A DNA stretch of 64,000 bases from Eledone cirrhosa (GCA_964016885.1 OZ024760.1:25420001-25484000), one strand, 5' to 3'. Numbered from the stretch's first letter, positions 1 to 17,224 are shown. The notes: generated by a model from the letters alone, not told the origin. A program made the numbers and translations.

Positions 1-2
1 GA

Positions 3-1836
3 CCAGTCTGTGGGGCTAACATTGCTAGTAACTACAGACTGTCCTACTTCCTCTCCCTGATCATACGCCCCATCATTGAGATGTCCCCAGATGTGTGTGA
101 CAGCACGGAGGACCTCCTCAGCAGAATCGGCGCGGGTAACCGATCTGGGGACCTAACAAACTGCATAATAGGCAGTATGGATGTTGTGACCCTGTACCCA
201 TCTATTGACGTGGATTTTGCTGTGGAGAAATGCGTAGAAATGATCAGCGAGAGCAAGGTTGAGTTCCGTGGGATTGATACCAGTGAGCTGGGACTTCTAC
301 TTAAGCTTACCCATAGTAATAGTTACCTAGACACATATGACCTTAGCAACCTGTGCCCTACAAGACCAGCAAGAGGCAGACCACCTACCATTACCTCAAT
401 GGCCAAGAAAACCCACACAGATAGATGGAACGGGTGGACCAGAGCCATACGGACACCCGAAAACCACGATGAACTGAAGAAAATGATTGCACATGCGGTA
501 GGGGCCAGCATAAAATTAACCCTTAAGGAACATATGTTCAAATTTAATGGTAAAACATATGCCCAAGAGGAAGGAGCAGCCATTGGTGTTAGCATTGCAG
601 GCGACATAGATATATATTCATGGTATGGTGGGACAGTAGACTTAAACAAAAACTTAATGAACAATTAGAAGACAGCTTAACCCTGATAATGTACTCCCGC
701 TACGTAGATGATATAAACATCGTAGTTAAGACACCCCCACTAAAGAACAGTCAGGAACTAGAGAAAAACACAATGGAAAGCATCCAGCAAATAGCAAACT
801 CCATCCACCAGAGCATTAGAGTTACTATAGACTACCCAAGTAGACATCCCAACCATCTATTACCTGTACTAGACACAGAGCTCTGGTTAGATACCATTAA
901 CAACCAAAAACAAATCCTCCATTCCCATTATGCCAAACCCATGACTTCCAAACATCTGATCCACCGAAACTCGGCCATTTCGGACCATACCAAAATCAAC
1001 ATACTGATTGCGGATTTGGTACGGGTGACGAGAAACGTGTCTCGCATGTGCAACCCCAAAGAACTAAACTAGAGAGACACATACAACACTTCATCCACCG
1101 TATGCAGTTCTCTGGTTACAACCAGAGAGATAAAATCAGAGTATATAGAGGAGCCAGAACCAAATGGGAAAAAATGGTAAATAATGACATAAATGGGACC
1201 TGCCCCTTGTATAGGAGCAAATTTTGGAATAGAATAGAAAGAACTAGGAACAAGGCCAATAGAATAAACTCATGGTATGATAGCAATAAATACCAGAGTG
1301 TAATGTTCATCAATACAACCCCTAGAGGCGAACTAGCCTACAAATTTAGAAGGGCCCTAAATAAACATAATCTCAATATTAAGATAGTAGAAAGACCTGG
1401 TACCTCCGTAAAAACACTTATTAGCAAGACATACCCGTTCCAAAGACCCTCATGTATAGATAAGAAATGTATAACCTGTAAAATAAGCCCCCATATTAAC
1501 TGTAAAACTAGAAATGTAGTGTATAGCATAAGATGTACTGAAGGACAATGTAGAAACAAAAATATAGTGTACATAGGTGAGACAGCTCGTAGTATAGGGG
1601 AACGAATAAATGAACACTGGCGAGACCTCCAAGATAATAAAGAATCATCTGTGCTCTACCAACATGCTAAGATAGAACACAGGGGTAGATTAGAGAGCAT
1701 AGAAATAAAAATAGAATCCACGCACAGAAAAGACGCAATGTTTAGGCAAATTACAGAGGCAGTAAGCATAAAAGAATTAAAACCAAAATTAAATAGAAAA
1801 TATGAGTGGAACAGCAACATCACAACTTACAATTAA
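3..1836 (+). pseudogene. Penelope-like retroelement ORF (RT plus C-terminal GIY-YIG endonuclease), runs off the window 5' edge, two frameshifts (~615, ~1068)
   Basis: Consecutive frames give RT motifs PVCG, GSMDVVTLYPSI, QEEGAAIG, YSRYVDD, LPVLD and HYAKPM. These are followed by a Cys-rich linker CIDKKCITC and a GIY-YIG domain VVYSIRC...[16 protein letters not shown]...HAKIEH...[15 protein letters not shown]. Confidence 0.93.
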
Positions 1837-2330
1837 GGACAAAATGAAAACACACACACACATAGAACAAACAACTTACAATTGAAAACACACACAAAAT
1901 GAAAACACACACAGGACAAAATGAAAACACACACACACATAGAACAAACAACCAACCAACAATAAATAAATAAACAAATAGAAAAATGAACACAAACACA
2001 CACAGACACCCGGATGTGGCACATGCGCAAACTGAGCACACAACACACACACAGAAACAAAATGGCGTAGGATAGAAGAAAGAAAAGGCACAGAAACGAA
2101 GAAAGGAATCCCCAGTCACTGAAGAGGTCACAGAGTGTGTGACGAAAGGACTATGACTATATATATAAACAACTATCTGGTTGTGGAACCAACCAACCAG
2201 CCAGAAATTTATAATTTATAAGTTTGTAGATTTGTAAATTTATAAATTTATAAATATATAATAAATTGAAGTGAAAGCAACTGGTGCGTGTGATTCTTAT
2301 TGGCAACATGACCCTCCCAAAGTATAACAA
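1837..2330 (+). mobile_element. PLE 3' UTR / pseudo-LTR ending in (TA)n
   Basis: Same sequence recurs at 25229-25720, 53940-54410 and 55292-55690, and it carries a hammerhead motif. Confidence 0.85.
2114..2158 (+). ncRNA. Minimal type I hammerhead ribozyme in PLE pseudo-LTR
   Basis: AGUCA-CUGAAGA-G-GUCAC(AGAGUGU)GUGAC-GAAA-GGAC-UA-UGACU: stems I and II pair and the core is intact. Confidence 0.85.
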
Positions 2331-2348
2331 TATATATATATATGTATA

Positions 2349-2389
<41 letters not shown>

Positions 2390-2576
2390 ATATATATGTA
2401 TATATATATGTACATATATATATAAATGTATATATATGTATATATATATTTATCTATATATATATGTACATATATATATATATGTATATATATGTATATA
2501 TATATTTATGTATATATATGTATATATATATGTATATATATATATATTTATGTATATATATGTATATATATATGTA

Positions 2577-2607
<31 letters not shown>

Positions 2608-2830
2608 ATATATATATATATATATGTACATATATATATATGTATATATATGTATATATATATATGTACATATATATATATATGTATATATATGTATATA
2701 TATATATATGTACATATATATGTATATATATGTATATATGTATATATATGTATATATGTATATACAATAAACATACAGACAATATATATAAATTCATACA
2801 TATACAAATACAATATAAGCACACACACTA

Positions 2831-2916
<86 letters not shown>
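2331..2916. repeat. (TA)n/(TATG)n microsatellite
   Basis: Direct reading. Confidence 0.97.
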
Positions 2917-2919
<3 letters not shown>

Positions 2920-3105
2920 AGTGAGCTATGGAGGAAAGCTCTTCTGTAATTTGTAAATTGTATCAGGGCAATCCCCGTCAGTATCAGACTCTCTAGAAAT
3001 GTCTATGGCACACAAACACACGTGTCGGAATTACCAATATCGGCAGCTCTGATGATTTACCAAAAATTTGGCATTCTGCCAGCGGTTCTGTAGGAGAACA
3101 GCTTG

Positions 3106-5754
<2,649 letters not shown>

Positions 5755-5760
<6 letters not shown>

Positions 5761-5998
5761 TGTACGTGTACATACTTATATTTAAGTAACAGCCGTACTA
5801 AGAGTGAGAAATGAACTTTCGTTTCATTTTTTCCGGTTATCGTTTTCGGTACCCCGGCCGATTAACTCACTCGATATGCAAATTAGGCTGCTCAGCCGTT
5901 AATATGCATAAGGAAAGTATATACTTTCAGACGTTCAACCATCTGGCAGGAAGGTATACGTTGCTGACGATAGCTAATAAGCTTGAAACTAGTACAGC
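5755..5998 (+). mobile_element. Non-coding HHR-bearing repeat (family B), partial copy
   Basis: Homologous to 17225-17855 and 42878-43130. Confidence 0.8.
5960..5998 (+). ncRNA. Minimal type I hammerhead ribozyme (family B)
   Basis: GUUG-CUGACGA-U-AGC(UAAUAA)GCU-U-GAAAC-UA-GUA-CAGC, with palindromic stem III ACUAGU. Confidence 0.8.
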
Positions 5999-6035
<37 letters not shown>

Positions 6036-6052
6036 CTTGTATATATATATAT

Positions 6053-6725
6053 ACAAACATAAATTATCGAGATTCGCATTTCGGCCCACGAAACAACGAA
6101 AAACAACCTCCGAGATGTGAGGCAAACACACTGAGACGATGGTTAAACAATAATTCGCATAGCCAAAAAAACGATCAAGTAATTCGGGTATTGAAAAATT
6201 ACCCGGTGTCTGGAAGGTTGGTAAAATCCAGTATTCTGGGGCTCCTAAAGCAAGTACCGTCCGCTTACATAAATAATGTCAGGCTTCTGGTAAGATGATT
6301 GAACAAGTAAGCCACTTTCTCAACAGGTTTTAGTTCAATGTTAATACAAGGACTGACTATTGCTGACTCCACGTGGGGATCGGCAAGGGAGACAGACCCT
6401 ATATCAGGCGAATAAATTCAGTTGTGTATATTTTTACAAGAATGCAAAAACAACACAAATCGAATAGAGTTCTCAACAGAAGGGTTAAAATTAACATAAG
6501 CTATTCATCAGTCAATAGAATCAACTAAAAAATCAAGAAAATTAACTGGTCAATAGCTAGAGTCTGGAGATAAATACAAACATAAATTATCGAGATTCGC
6601 ATTTCGGCGAACGAACTAAAGAAAAACAACCTCCGAGATGTGAGGCAAGTGCTCAATGGCTCAGATGAACCGGAGCTATAACAAACGTTAAACGCCAAAC
6701 ACACTGAGACGATGGTTAAACAATA

Positions 6726-6728
<3 letters not shown>
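6053..6728 (+). repeat. Unclassified repeat with ~100-150 bp direct repeats (6053-6155, 6575-6728); related sequence at ~19250-19440 (-)
   Basis: Shared acaaacataaattatcgagattcgcatttcggc...acactgagacgatggttaaacaataatt. Confidence 0.65.
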
Positions 6729-6781
<53 letters not shown>

Positions 6782-6977
6782 TATAAGGAATTTATATCTA
6801 GTAACATTTATATACACACAGAAGCACATCAATGCTAGCAAATATATAGGTTTTGTCTTATTAACAATATGGTTCAATGCATGGGGTTGCAGAACAATAA
6901 TATGAGAGACGTAAAATAAGAAAATTATAAAATTAACTTACTTACTAAAAAATCATTTATTTTACGTCTCTCATATA

Positions 6978-7016
<39 letters not shown>

Positions 7017-7061
7017 ATATATACATACATATATCTATATATATATATGTATATATATATG

Positions 7062-7092
<31 letters not shown>

Positions 7093-7186
7093 ATATATAC
7101 ATATCTATATATATATATGTATATATATGTATATATATATATATATTTAGTCTTCAGATTTTAGTCTTCAAATTTAATAATATTAC

Positions 7187-7293
<107 letters not shown>

Positions 7294-7471
7294 TATGTCT
7301 TATATAAAATAATACAACTGGCTATCCGCAAAATACATATAGTTAGCACCCCAAACGTAAAATTGGGATTATACTAAGGTATATCATGATGTTTGTTGAG
7401 TGAGACGGAAGCCGGTCGGAGTATTGCTTAAAGCTTTCCTGATAATGTATTAGATATATATATATATAGAC

Positions 7472-7504
<33 letters not shown>

Positions 7505-7527
7505 TATATATATATACATATATATAC

Positions 7528-7618
<91 letters not shown>

Positions 7619-7765
7619 TATCTATATATATATATATATATATACATATATATCTATATACATATATATATATATATATATACATATATATCTATATACA
7701 TATATATATATATACATACATATATATATATATACATACATATATATATATATATACACATATAC

Positions 7766-7796
<31 letters not shown>

Positions 7797-7841
7797 TATA
7801 TCTATATATATATATACATACATATATATATATATACATAC

Positions 7842-7874
<33 letters not shown>

Positions 7875-7981
7875 CATACATATATATATATATTTACATA
7901 CATATATATATATTTACATATATATACATATATACATATATCGATATATATACATACATATATACATATATATATATATAC

Positions 7982-8012
<31 letters not shown>

Positions 8013-8043
8013 CATATATATATACATATATACATATATATAT

Positions 8044-8078
<35 letters not shown>

Positions 8079-8105
8079 CATATGTATATATATACATATG
8101 TATAT

Positions 8106-8138
<33 letters not shown>

Positions 8139-8311
8139 TATGTATATATACATATATACATATATATACATATATATATATATATACATATATATAATTT
8201 ACCGATATCTGCATTGCTTTATTGTACTACAATAAAACTCACCTCCTACATTATATATATATATATATATATAAATATATATATACATATATACATATAT
8301 ATATATACATA

Positions 8312-8527
8312 GGCGTGTGGCTGAGTGGTTAGAGAATTGGATTCGCAATCATAAGGTTGTGAGTTCGATTCCTGGACCAGGCGATGCGTTATGTCCTTGG
8401 GCAAGACACTTTATTTCACGTTGCTCCTTCTACCTGGAGTTGCGACCGATAGATAGTATTAGCAATTGGAAAGACCAACGGAAACATTGTTCCCTCGGTC
8501 CGATTTGACGAAAGTCGATCGACTCCT
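8312..8527 (+). mobile_element. tRNA-derived SINE with CORE-like domain
   Basis: A box TGGCTGAGTGG, B box GAGTTCGATTCC, CORE-like TGTCCTTGGGCAAGACACTT. Copies at 21197, 46485 and 56901. Confidence 0.85.
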
Positions 8528-8674
8528 ATATATATATATATATATATTCCATATATATACATATATACACATATATATATATATATGTATATATGTATAT
8601 ATGAGTATACATATATACATATATATATGTATACTCATATATACATATATACATATATATATATATATATTTAC

Positions 8675-8723
<49 letters not shown>

Positions 8724-8724
8724 C

Positions 8725-8779
<55 letters not shown>

Positions 8780-8810
8780 TAAATATATATATATATATAC
8801 TTATATATAT

Positions 8811-8870
8811 CGTTTCTGAATTTGTTTAGCAAGATTATTGGCAACATGACCCTCCCAAAGTATAACAATA
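8811..8870. mobile_element. Tiny rearranged PLE pseudo-LTR end inside (TA)n
   Basis: cgtttctgaatttgtttagcaagatt (as at 53943) fused to attggcaacatgaccctcccaaagtataacaata (as at 2299), in opposite element orientations. Confidence 0.75.
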
Positions 8871-8931
<61 letters not shown>

Positions 8932-8948
8932 GTATGTATATATATATG

Positions 8949-9056
<108 letters not shown>

Positions 9057-9163
9057 AATATATATATATATACATATATATATACATACATATATATATA
9101 CATATATATATATATACATATATATATACATATATATATATACATATATATACACATATATAC

Positions 9164-9194
<31 letters not shown>

Positions 9195-9297
9195 CATATA
9201 TATACATATACGCACATATATATATACATATATATATACACACATATATATACATATATATACATATATATATATATACACATATATATATATATAT

Positions 9298-9354
<57 letters not shown>

Positions 9355-9647
9355 TATACACACATATATATATATATACATATATATATACACATATATA
9401 TCTATATACATATATATACATATATATATATACATATATATACATATATATATATACACATATATATACACATATATATATATACATATATATATATATT
9501 CTTATACACATATATATATATATACATATATATACATATATATATATACACATATATATATATACACATATATAGATATACATATATATATATTCTTATA
9601 CACATATATACATATATACACTTATATACATATATATATATATACAC

Positions 9648-9678
<31 letters not shown>

Positions 9679-9904
9679 CATATATATATATATACATATA
9701 TATACATATATACATGTACATATATACATATATATACATATATATATATACATATATATATACATATATATATATACATATATATATATACACATATAAA
9801 TATATACATATATATATATTCTTATATATATATACGTATATATATATACACATATATATATATACATATATATATATTCTTATATATATATACATATATA
9901 TATA

Positions 9905-9938
<34 letters not shown>

Positions 9939-9943
9939 TATAT

Positions 9944-9989
<46 letters not shown>

Positions 9990-9990
9990 T

Positions 9991-10058
<68 letters not shown>

Positions 10059-10176
10059 CACGTACTGTTGAAGATAGCTCAGTACTCTGAAATATGTATA
10101 ATAAAATATACTTGATCACACGAATGTCTATTTTTGTTAATATTTTGAATTAATATACATATATATATATACATAC

Positions 10177-10207
<31 letters not shown>

Positions 10208-10294
10208 CATATATATATATGTATATATATACATATATATATGTATATATATATACATATATATATATGTATATATATATATATATGAATATGT

Positions 10295-10358
<64 letters not shown>

Positions 10359-10467
10359 GTATATATATAAATATATGTATATATATATATGTATATATAT
10401 ATATGTATATATATATATATGTATATATATATATGTGTATATATATATATATATGTATATATATATG

Positions 10468-10534
<67 letters not shown>

Positions 10535-10786
10535 GTATATATATATTTGTATATATATATGTATATATATATATGTATTTATATATGTATATATATATAT
10601 ATATATGTATTTATATATGTATATATATATGTATTTACGTGGGAAAGTTAAAAATCGGAGAATAGACCGTTAAAACATGTTTATTGAAAATATCAACTAC
10701 GTACGTTTCGCCCATATATATGTATTTATATATGTATATATATATATGTATTTATATATGTATATGTATATATATATATGTATATG

Positions 10787-10851
<65 letters not shown>

Positions 10852-10864
10852 GTATATATATATG

Positions 10865-10895
<31 letters not shown>

Positions 10896-10896
10896 G

Positions 10897-10927
<31 letters not shown>

Positions 10928-11042
10928 GTATATATATATGTATATATATATGTATTTATATATATATATCAATATATATATGTATATATATATGTATATA
11001 TATATATATATATGTATTTATATATGTATATATATATATATG

Positions 11043-11073
<31 letters not shown>

Positions 11074-11080
11074 GTATTTA

Positions 11081-11121
<41 letters not shown>

Positions 11122-12230
11122 TTATATATGTATATATATATATATATATGTATTTATATATGTATATATATATATATGTATTTATATATGTATATATATA
11201 TATATATGTATTTATATATGTATATATATATATGTATTTATATATGTATATATATATATATATGTATTTATATATGTATATATTTATATGTATTTATATA
11301 TGTATATATATATATATATGTATTTATATATGTATATATATATATATATGTATTTATATATGTATATATATATATATGTATTTATATTTGTATATATATA
11401 TATATGTATTTATATATGTATATATATATATGTATTTATATATGTATATATATATGTATTTATATATGTATATATATATATGTATTTATATATGTATATA
11501 TATATATGTATTTATATATGTATATATATATGTATTTATATATATATATATGTATTTATATATGTATTTATATATGTATTTATATATGTATATATATATA
11601 TGTGTTTATATATGTATATATATATGTATATATATATGTATTTATATATGTATATATATATGTATTTATATATGTATTTATATATGTATATATATATATG
11701 CATTTATATATGTATATATATATGTATTTATATATGTATATGTATTTATATATGTATATATATATATATGTATTTATATATGTATATATATATATATGTA
11801 TTTATATATGTATATATATATATGTATTTATATATGTATACATATATATATATGTATTTACATATGTATACATATATATATATGTATTTATATATGTATA
11901 CATATATATATATGTATTTATATATGTATAGATACATATATATTTATGTATATATATACATATACATATGTATATATAATGTATGTGAATGTGTGTGTAT
12001 ACGTATATTTACATACATATAGGCTGATAGATCGATAAAGTTTTGTACTTTCAGTTTAATACATATCAATTCAAGTAACGTGATAAATATGGAAATATTC
12101 TTAGAATTTCAGCCATTTAAAGAGTCTTTCACTTCTGTAACACTGACAGGACGTTTTAAAGACACACCATCTCTCTTCCAAAACCAATCAATGGATCGAT
12201 ATTTATTGTTATTATTAGTTATATTATAAG

Positions 12231-13140
12231 GGCGGTGGATTGGCAGTATCGGTAGAGGGTCGGACGCCATGCTTTCTAGCATAGTTACGTCCCTTTGCGA
12301 TCTGAGTTCGAATCCGGCCGAGGTTGACTTTGCCTTTCATCCTTACGGGGTCGATAAAATAAAGTACCAGTGATGCACTGGGTAATTGCTGGCCTTGTGC
12401 CTAAAGTAGAATCAATTCTTAGTTATATTATTAAGGCGGTGGATTGCTAGATGGTCGGACGCCATGCTTTGAAGCATAGAGTTACGGCCCTTGCCATTCT
12501 GAGTTCAGATCCCACCAGGTTAACTTTGCCTTTCATCCTTACGAGGTCGATAAAATAAAGTACCAGTGGTCTACTGGGATATTTGCTGGCCTTGTGCCCA
12601 AAGTAGAAACGATTATTAATTATATTATTAACGCTTTGGATTGGCAGTATCTGTAGAGCGTCAGACAGCATGCTTTGCACCATTGAGTTAATGCCTTTTA
12701 TGTTCTGATTTCTAATCCCGCTGATGTTAACTTTGCCTTTCATCCTTACGGGGTGGATAAAATAAAGTCCCAGTAATACACTGGGGTAATTGCTGGCCTT
12801 GAGCCAAAACAGTAACAATTATTAGTTATATTATTAGCTTTGTCGTTACGTGTCTATAAAATAAAATACGAGTAATACACTGAGATAATTACTCGCCTAA
12901 AGAAGAAACAATGTTTCTACTGTGCCAAAAGTAGAAACAATTATTATTAATGGCGGATTGGCAGAATCGGTAGAAAGTCCGATTCCATGCTTTGCAAGCA
13001 TAGAATCATGGTCCTTTATGATCTGAGTTCAAATCCCGTCGAGTTTAACTTTGCCCTTCATCATTAAGGGGTTGATAAAATAAGGTACCAATGATGTACT
13101 GGGGTAATTGCTGGCCTTGTGCCAAAAATAGAAATAATTA
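12231..13140 (+). mobile_element. Tandem array of ~4.5 tRNA-derived SINEs with Nin/Deu-like domain (octopus OK-like)
   Basis: Repeated TGGATTGGCAG...GAGTTCGAATCC...GCCTTTCATCCTTACGGGGTCGATAAAATAAAGTACCAGT...GGCCTTGTGCC units with (TTA)n tails. Confidence 0.85.
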
Positions 13141-13151
13141 TACTTATCATT

Positions 13152-14143
13152 ATTGGCACCTGGAATGTTGCCAGACACTCACTGCCCTCTACCAAGCGGG
13201 CAATGCGATCAGTGGAACTTCCACTCTCGAGTTCTATACAGGATTAGTCGTGGGCAAGTGCGATGACGCACTCGGAGAAGCTTAGGGCCTCGACGAAGTC
13301 GAACTGACCAGTCTGTACCGGAGGACTTTCGACAATTTCCAGAAATCCCTCGCTTGGCACTACTACCGGGGGATAAACTCTGCTACCGGTTCGGGATAAA
13401 CTCTAGGGGCACGGAATTGCTGTCAGACGGACCTGTCTAAGATGCGCACAGAGCGACGAAACCGTTCTGCACGCACTTGTCCAATGTCCGTGCATTACTG
13501 ACTTGTGGAGTTATGTCGAACAGCTACTGTCGCGTGTGGAACGGACCCGGCTATCGGCCGAGTCCATAGTGAAGATCGACGCGCCGCCTTCCTTAGGTCA
13601 GGAAGAGCAGGAAATTTTCCTCTGTCGGGTGGCAGTTGCGAAAGAGCTTATATGGTGGACCAGGTTAAAAGGACTGAAGACAGACACTTTTCTCTTCGGC
13701 CAATCCCTCATCAACTTCTTCAAGTTTCACCTGGAAAGGAAGGTGAGGGTGGAGAGAGAAGTGCTGCCCCCCCCCCCTCCTCAGTATATTTGCTAAAAGG
13801 TGGATGAATGTGGCGAGAATGGCCCGTGTGAATGGGCCTAATCTGAACATGCGCCTATAGTCTAGCTAACTTGAGGAGGAGAGGGGGTGCTCTCCCTGGG
13901 TGCCCTAGAAGCGCAGGGTGGTTCAGGGTTGGTGGGGTACCCGAGTCACCCCAGGGTCAACCACTCCCTATAGGGGAATTTATTTTGTTATATTTATGTA
14001 TAGTTTATTTTATATTTTTTATATCTTCATTGTTAAATTAGTCTTTCCATTGTGCACTTTCACTCAACCTTATCGTAAACCCCTACTGTCCCTGTCTTTG
14101 TATTGTCCCGTACATGTCGGCCCTTGTGGTTAATAAATGAAAT
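13152..14143 (+). mobile_element. 5'-truncated Tx1/L1-type LINE (ORF2 C-terminus with CCHC finger, 3' UTR, (ATT)n tail)
   Basis: Reads ...TCLRCAQSDETVLHALVQCP..DLWSYVEQLLSRV. Homologous to 27430-28400, with in-frame stops. Confidence 0.85.
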
Positions 14144-14244
14144 CATTATTATTATTATTATTATTTTTACTTCATCACTACATCCTGTAGAAGCGGACCT
14201 GAATTGAATACCAGATGTACGCCTGGCCTTCAATTTACAAAATT

Positions 14245-15618
14245 ATCACCAATACCACAACCAATAGCAATAATACCTGCACCAGCACCACCACCACAAC
14301 CAACACCACCACTGACACAAGCATGAACACCACCAACAACACCAATACCACCCCCACCAGCCCCACCAACACCACCCCCAACAACACCAACCCCAACAAC
14401 ACCAACAACACCACAAACACCACCACTACCAACACCACCATTACCAACACCACCATTACCATCACCACCAACACCAACACCACCAACACCAACACCACCA
14501 ACACCAACACCACCACCATCAACACCACCACCATCAACACCACCCCCAACACCACTACCACCACCACCAGCAATACTACCAACACCACCGCCAACAACAC
14601 CACCAACACTACCAACACCATCACCACCACCACCACCAACACTACCATCAACACCAACACCACCGCCAACAACACCACCAACACCACCACCACCACCACC
14701 AATACCACCATCAACACAAACTCAACCATCAACACCAACGCCACCACCAACAACACCATCACCACCACCACCATTACCATCACCACCAACACCAACACCA
14801 CCAACACCAACACCACCACCATCAACACCACCACCAGCAATAATACCAACACCACCGCCAACAACACCACCAACACCACCAACACCACTACCACCAACAC
14901 CACCACCACCACCACCACCAACGCCACCATCAACCCAACACCAACATCAACACCAACACCATCACCAGCAACACCATCACCACCACAATCACCACCACTA
15001 ACAACACCACCATTACCATCACCACCAACACCACCACCATCAACACCACCACCAACACCACCAACACCACCATCACCAATACCACCACCAACACCACTAC
15101 CACCACCACCAGCAATACTACCAACACCACCACCATCAACTCCACCAACAACACCACCAACACCACCACCATCAACACCACCACCAATACCACTACCACC
15201 ACCACCAGCAATACTACCAACACCACCGCCAACAACACCACCAACACCACCAACACCACCATCACCACCATCAACAGCATCACTACCACCACCAAGACCA
15301 CCATCAACACCACCAACACCACCACCAACACCAGCAATACTACCAACACCACCGCCAACAACACCACCAACACCACCAACACCACCATCACCACCATCAA
15401 CAGCATCACCACCACCACCAAGACCACCATCAACACCACCAACACAACCACCAACACCAGCAATACTACCAACACCACCGCCAACAACACCACCAACACC
15501 ATCAACACCACCAACACCATCATCAACACCACCACCAACAACACCACCACCACCAACACCACCACCAACAGCAACAGCACCACCACCACCACCACCACCA
15601 CCACCACCACCACCACCA
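14245..15618. repeat. (ACC/AAC)n degenerate trinucleotide repeat
   Basis: Direct reading. Confidence 0.92.
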
Positions 15619-16347
15619 AAATGTAATTACGTTGTCAAATTTCGAATAAGAGTGAAAGTTAAAAATAGCTAAAAAAAAAAAAAAAATCAAAAATGGCGGA
15701 TTTGAAAGGCGGGAAAAAATAGCTTCAATCTGGCTGAGGAATTAATTGTGGATGTCTGAGTGAAAGACGTACAATAACAAGAACAGCAATAATATAGACA
15801 ACAACTGCAGTAGGTGGACAGTAAGAAGAGAAACAAGAATATCAGAAATAACAGCAGGAAGACATAATTCAACTTATTTCTCTCTCTCAGTCTCGCTCTG
15901 TCTCTCTCTCTCTCGCTCCTAATCTCATTCTCTCTCGCTCCTAATCTCTCTCTTTCTCTCTCTCCCCATTCCTCTCTCTCTCTCTGTCTGTCTCTCTGTC
16001 TCTCTCTCAGCAAGTTTTAATCTGTAGACTCGACCTCCCATGGTTCTGTATATCTATCTATCTAACTCTAGCTATCTATCTATCTAACACCCTCCCTTCT
16101 CTCTCTCTATATATATATACATATATATAGTATATATATATATATACACACACATGTATCTATCTCAATTAATCTATATCTATATATCTATATATATATA
16201 TATGTGTGTGTGTCTGTGTGTGTGTATGTATATATATATATATATAATATATAATCTACATCTATATATCTGTCTAGCTATCTCTCCCTCTCTATACATA
16301 TATATGTATATATAATAATAAAATGTGGAGAAGGAGCACACGAGTTA

Positions 16348-16394
<47 letters not shown>

Positions 16395-16398
<4 letters not shown>

Positions 16399-16680
16399 CA
16401 AATGGGGAGAAGAATACTGCTGGTTGCACATGGATAACATGTAATAAAATAAGTCCCTCATCAGTGATTTGCCGACGATCATAGATATTTCATTGCATTA
16501 AAAATCATATACCTCACGTCGGTGCAATAATAAATAAATTAAGTTATTAGGACAATTAAAACGCGTAAAGCGAGTGAAACAAGATAACAACAAGGAGGAT
16601 AGCTAACCGTAGAAGGAAGGAAACAAGCTTCATAGTTATTCTGTTAGCATAAGCTAGGTGAATATATGAGCGCTTAGAAA
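16395..16680 (-). mobile_element. Non-coding repeat family P (permuted-hammerhead family), copy A
   Basis: Homologous to 56345-56780, 36205-36945 and 21945-22335, and abuts (TA)n. Confidence 0.8.
16453..16522 (-). ncRNA. Candidate non-circularly permuted hammerhead with k-turn, copy A
   Basis: CCGAC-GUGA-GGUAU-A-UGAUUU..GCAAU-GAA-AUAUC-UAU-GAUC-GUCGG-C-AAAUCA-CUGAUGA-GGGAC. Confidence 0.6.
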
Positions 16681-16689
16681 AAAGACCTT

Positions 16690-16745
16690 TCAGTTTCAGA
16701 AGATCCCGTTAAGGGTGAAAGCAGCGATTAAACTTTAATCTGTTA

Positions 16746-16822
<77 letters not shown>

Positions 16823-16950
16823 TAAAATAACAGATTAAAGTTTAATCGTTGCTTTCACCCTTAACGGGATCTTCTGAAACTCAGAAGATCCCGTTAAAGG
16901 TGAAAGCAGCGATTCTTTGCTTAAACTTTAATCTGTTATTTTAATAAATA
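16690..16950. repeat. ~60 bp unit present three times (forward, inverted, forward) around (TA)n
   Basis: tcagaagatcccgttaa(g/a)ggtgaaagcagcgatt...ctttaatctgttattttaa at 16696 and 16881, reverse complement at 16818-16880. Confidence 0.8.
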
Positions 16951-17191
16951 TTTGCTCTACGGTTCTTATATATTTGATATATATTTATCCTTATCGAGCC
17001 CTCTTTGGATTTTAGTCTTCAATTTTTTAATTATTACTATATATATATATATATACATGCATATATATAATGAGAAGAAATTGATAATATTGTTCACAAT
17101 GATATTGCTGTTAAGGATGTCCATGATGATGATGATGCTACGAATATTTCTGATGATTTCGAGCGAATGAATCAGTACTAGTCCTGTAGAA

Positions 17192-17224
<33 letters not shown>

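Noticed and set aside
8312-8385. tRNA gene
   Set aside because: A and B boxes continue into a SINE body found in several copies, with no complete cloverleaf.
10694-10715. Minus-strand GGGC-GAAAC-GUAC-GUA-GUUG hammerhead 3' half
   Set aside because: The CUGANGA half is absent and the sequence is cut by (TA)n.
14215-15672. Mucin- or extensin-like 485 aa Thr/Asn/Pro ORF
   Set aside because: Degenerate (ACC)n tract, open on both strands and switching register midway, with no signal peptide or domain.
15686-15720. YY1-like AAAATGGCGG / possible gene start (also 24011 and 30907)
   Set aside because: The ORF stops after 9 codons and there is no supporting exon or promoter evidence.
16692-16730. 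HHR-like CAGAAGA-U-CCC(GUUAA)GGG-U-GAAAGC
   Set aside because: U4 is changed and there is no NUH site or stem I, so it is at best a dead relic.
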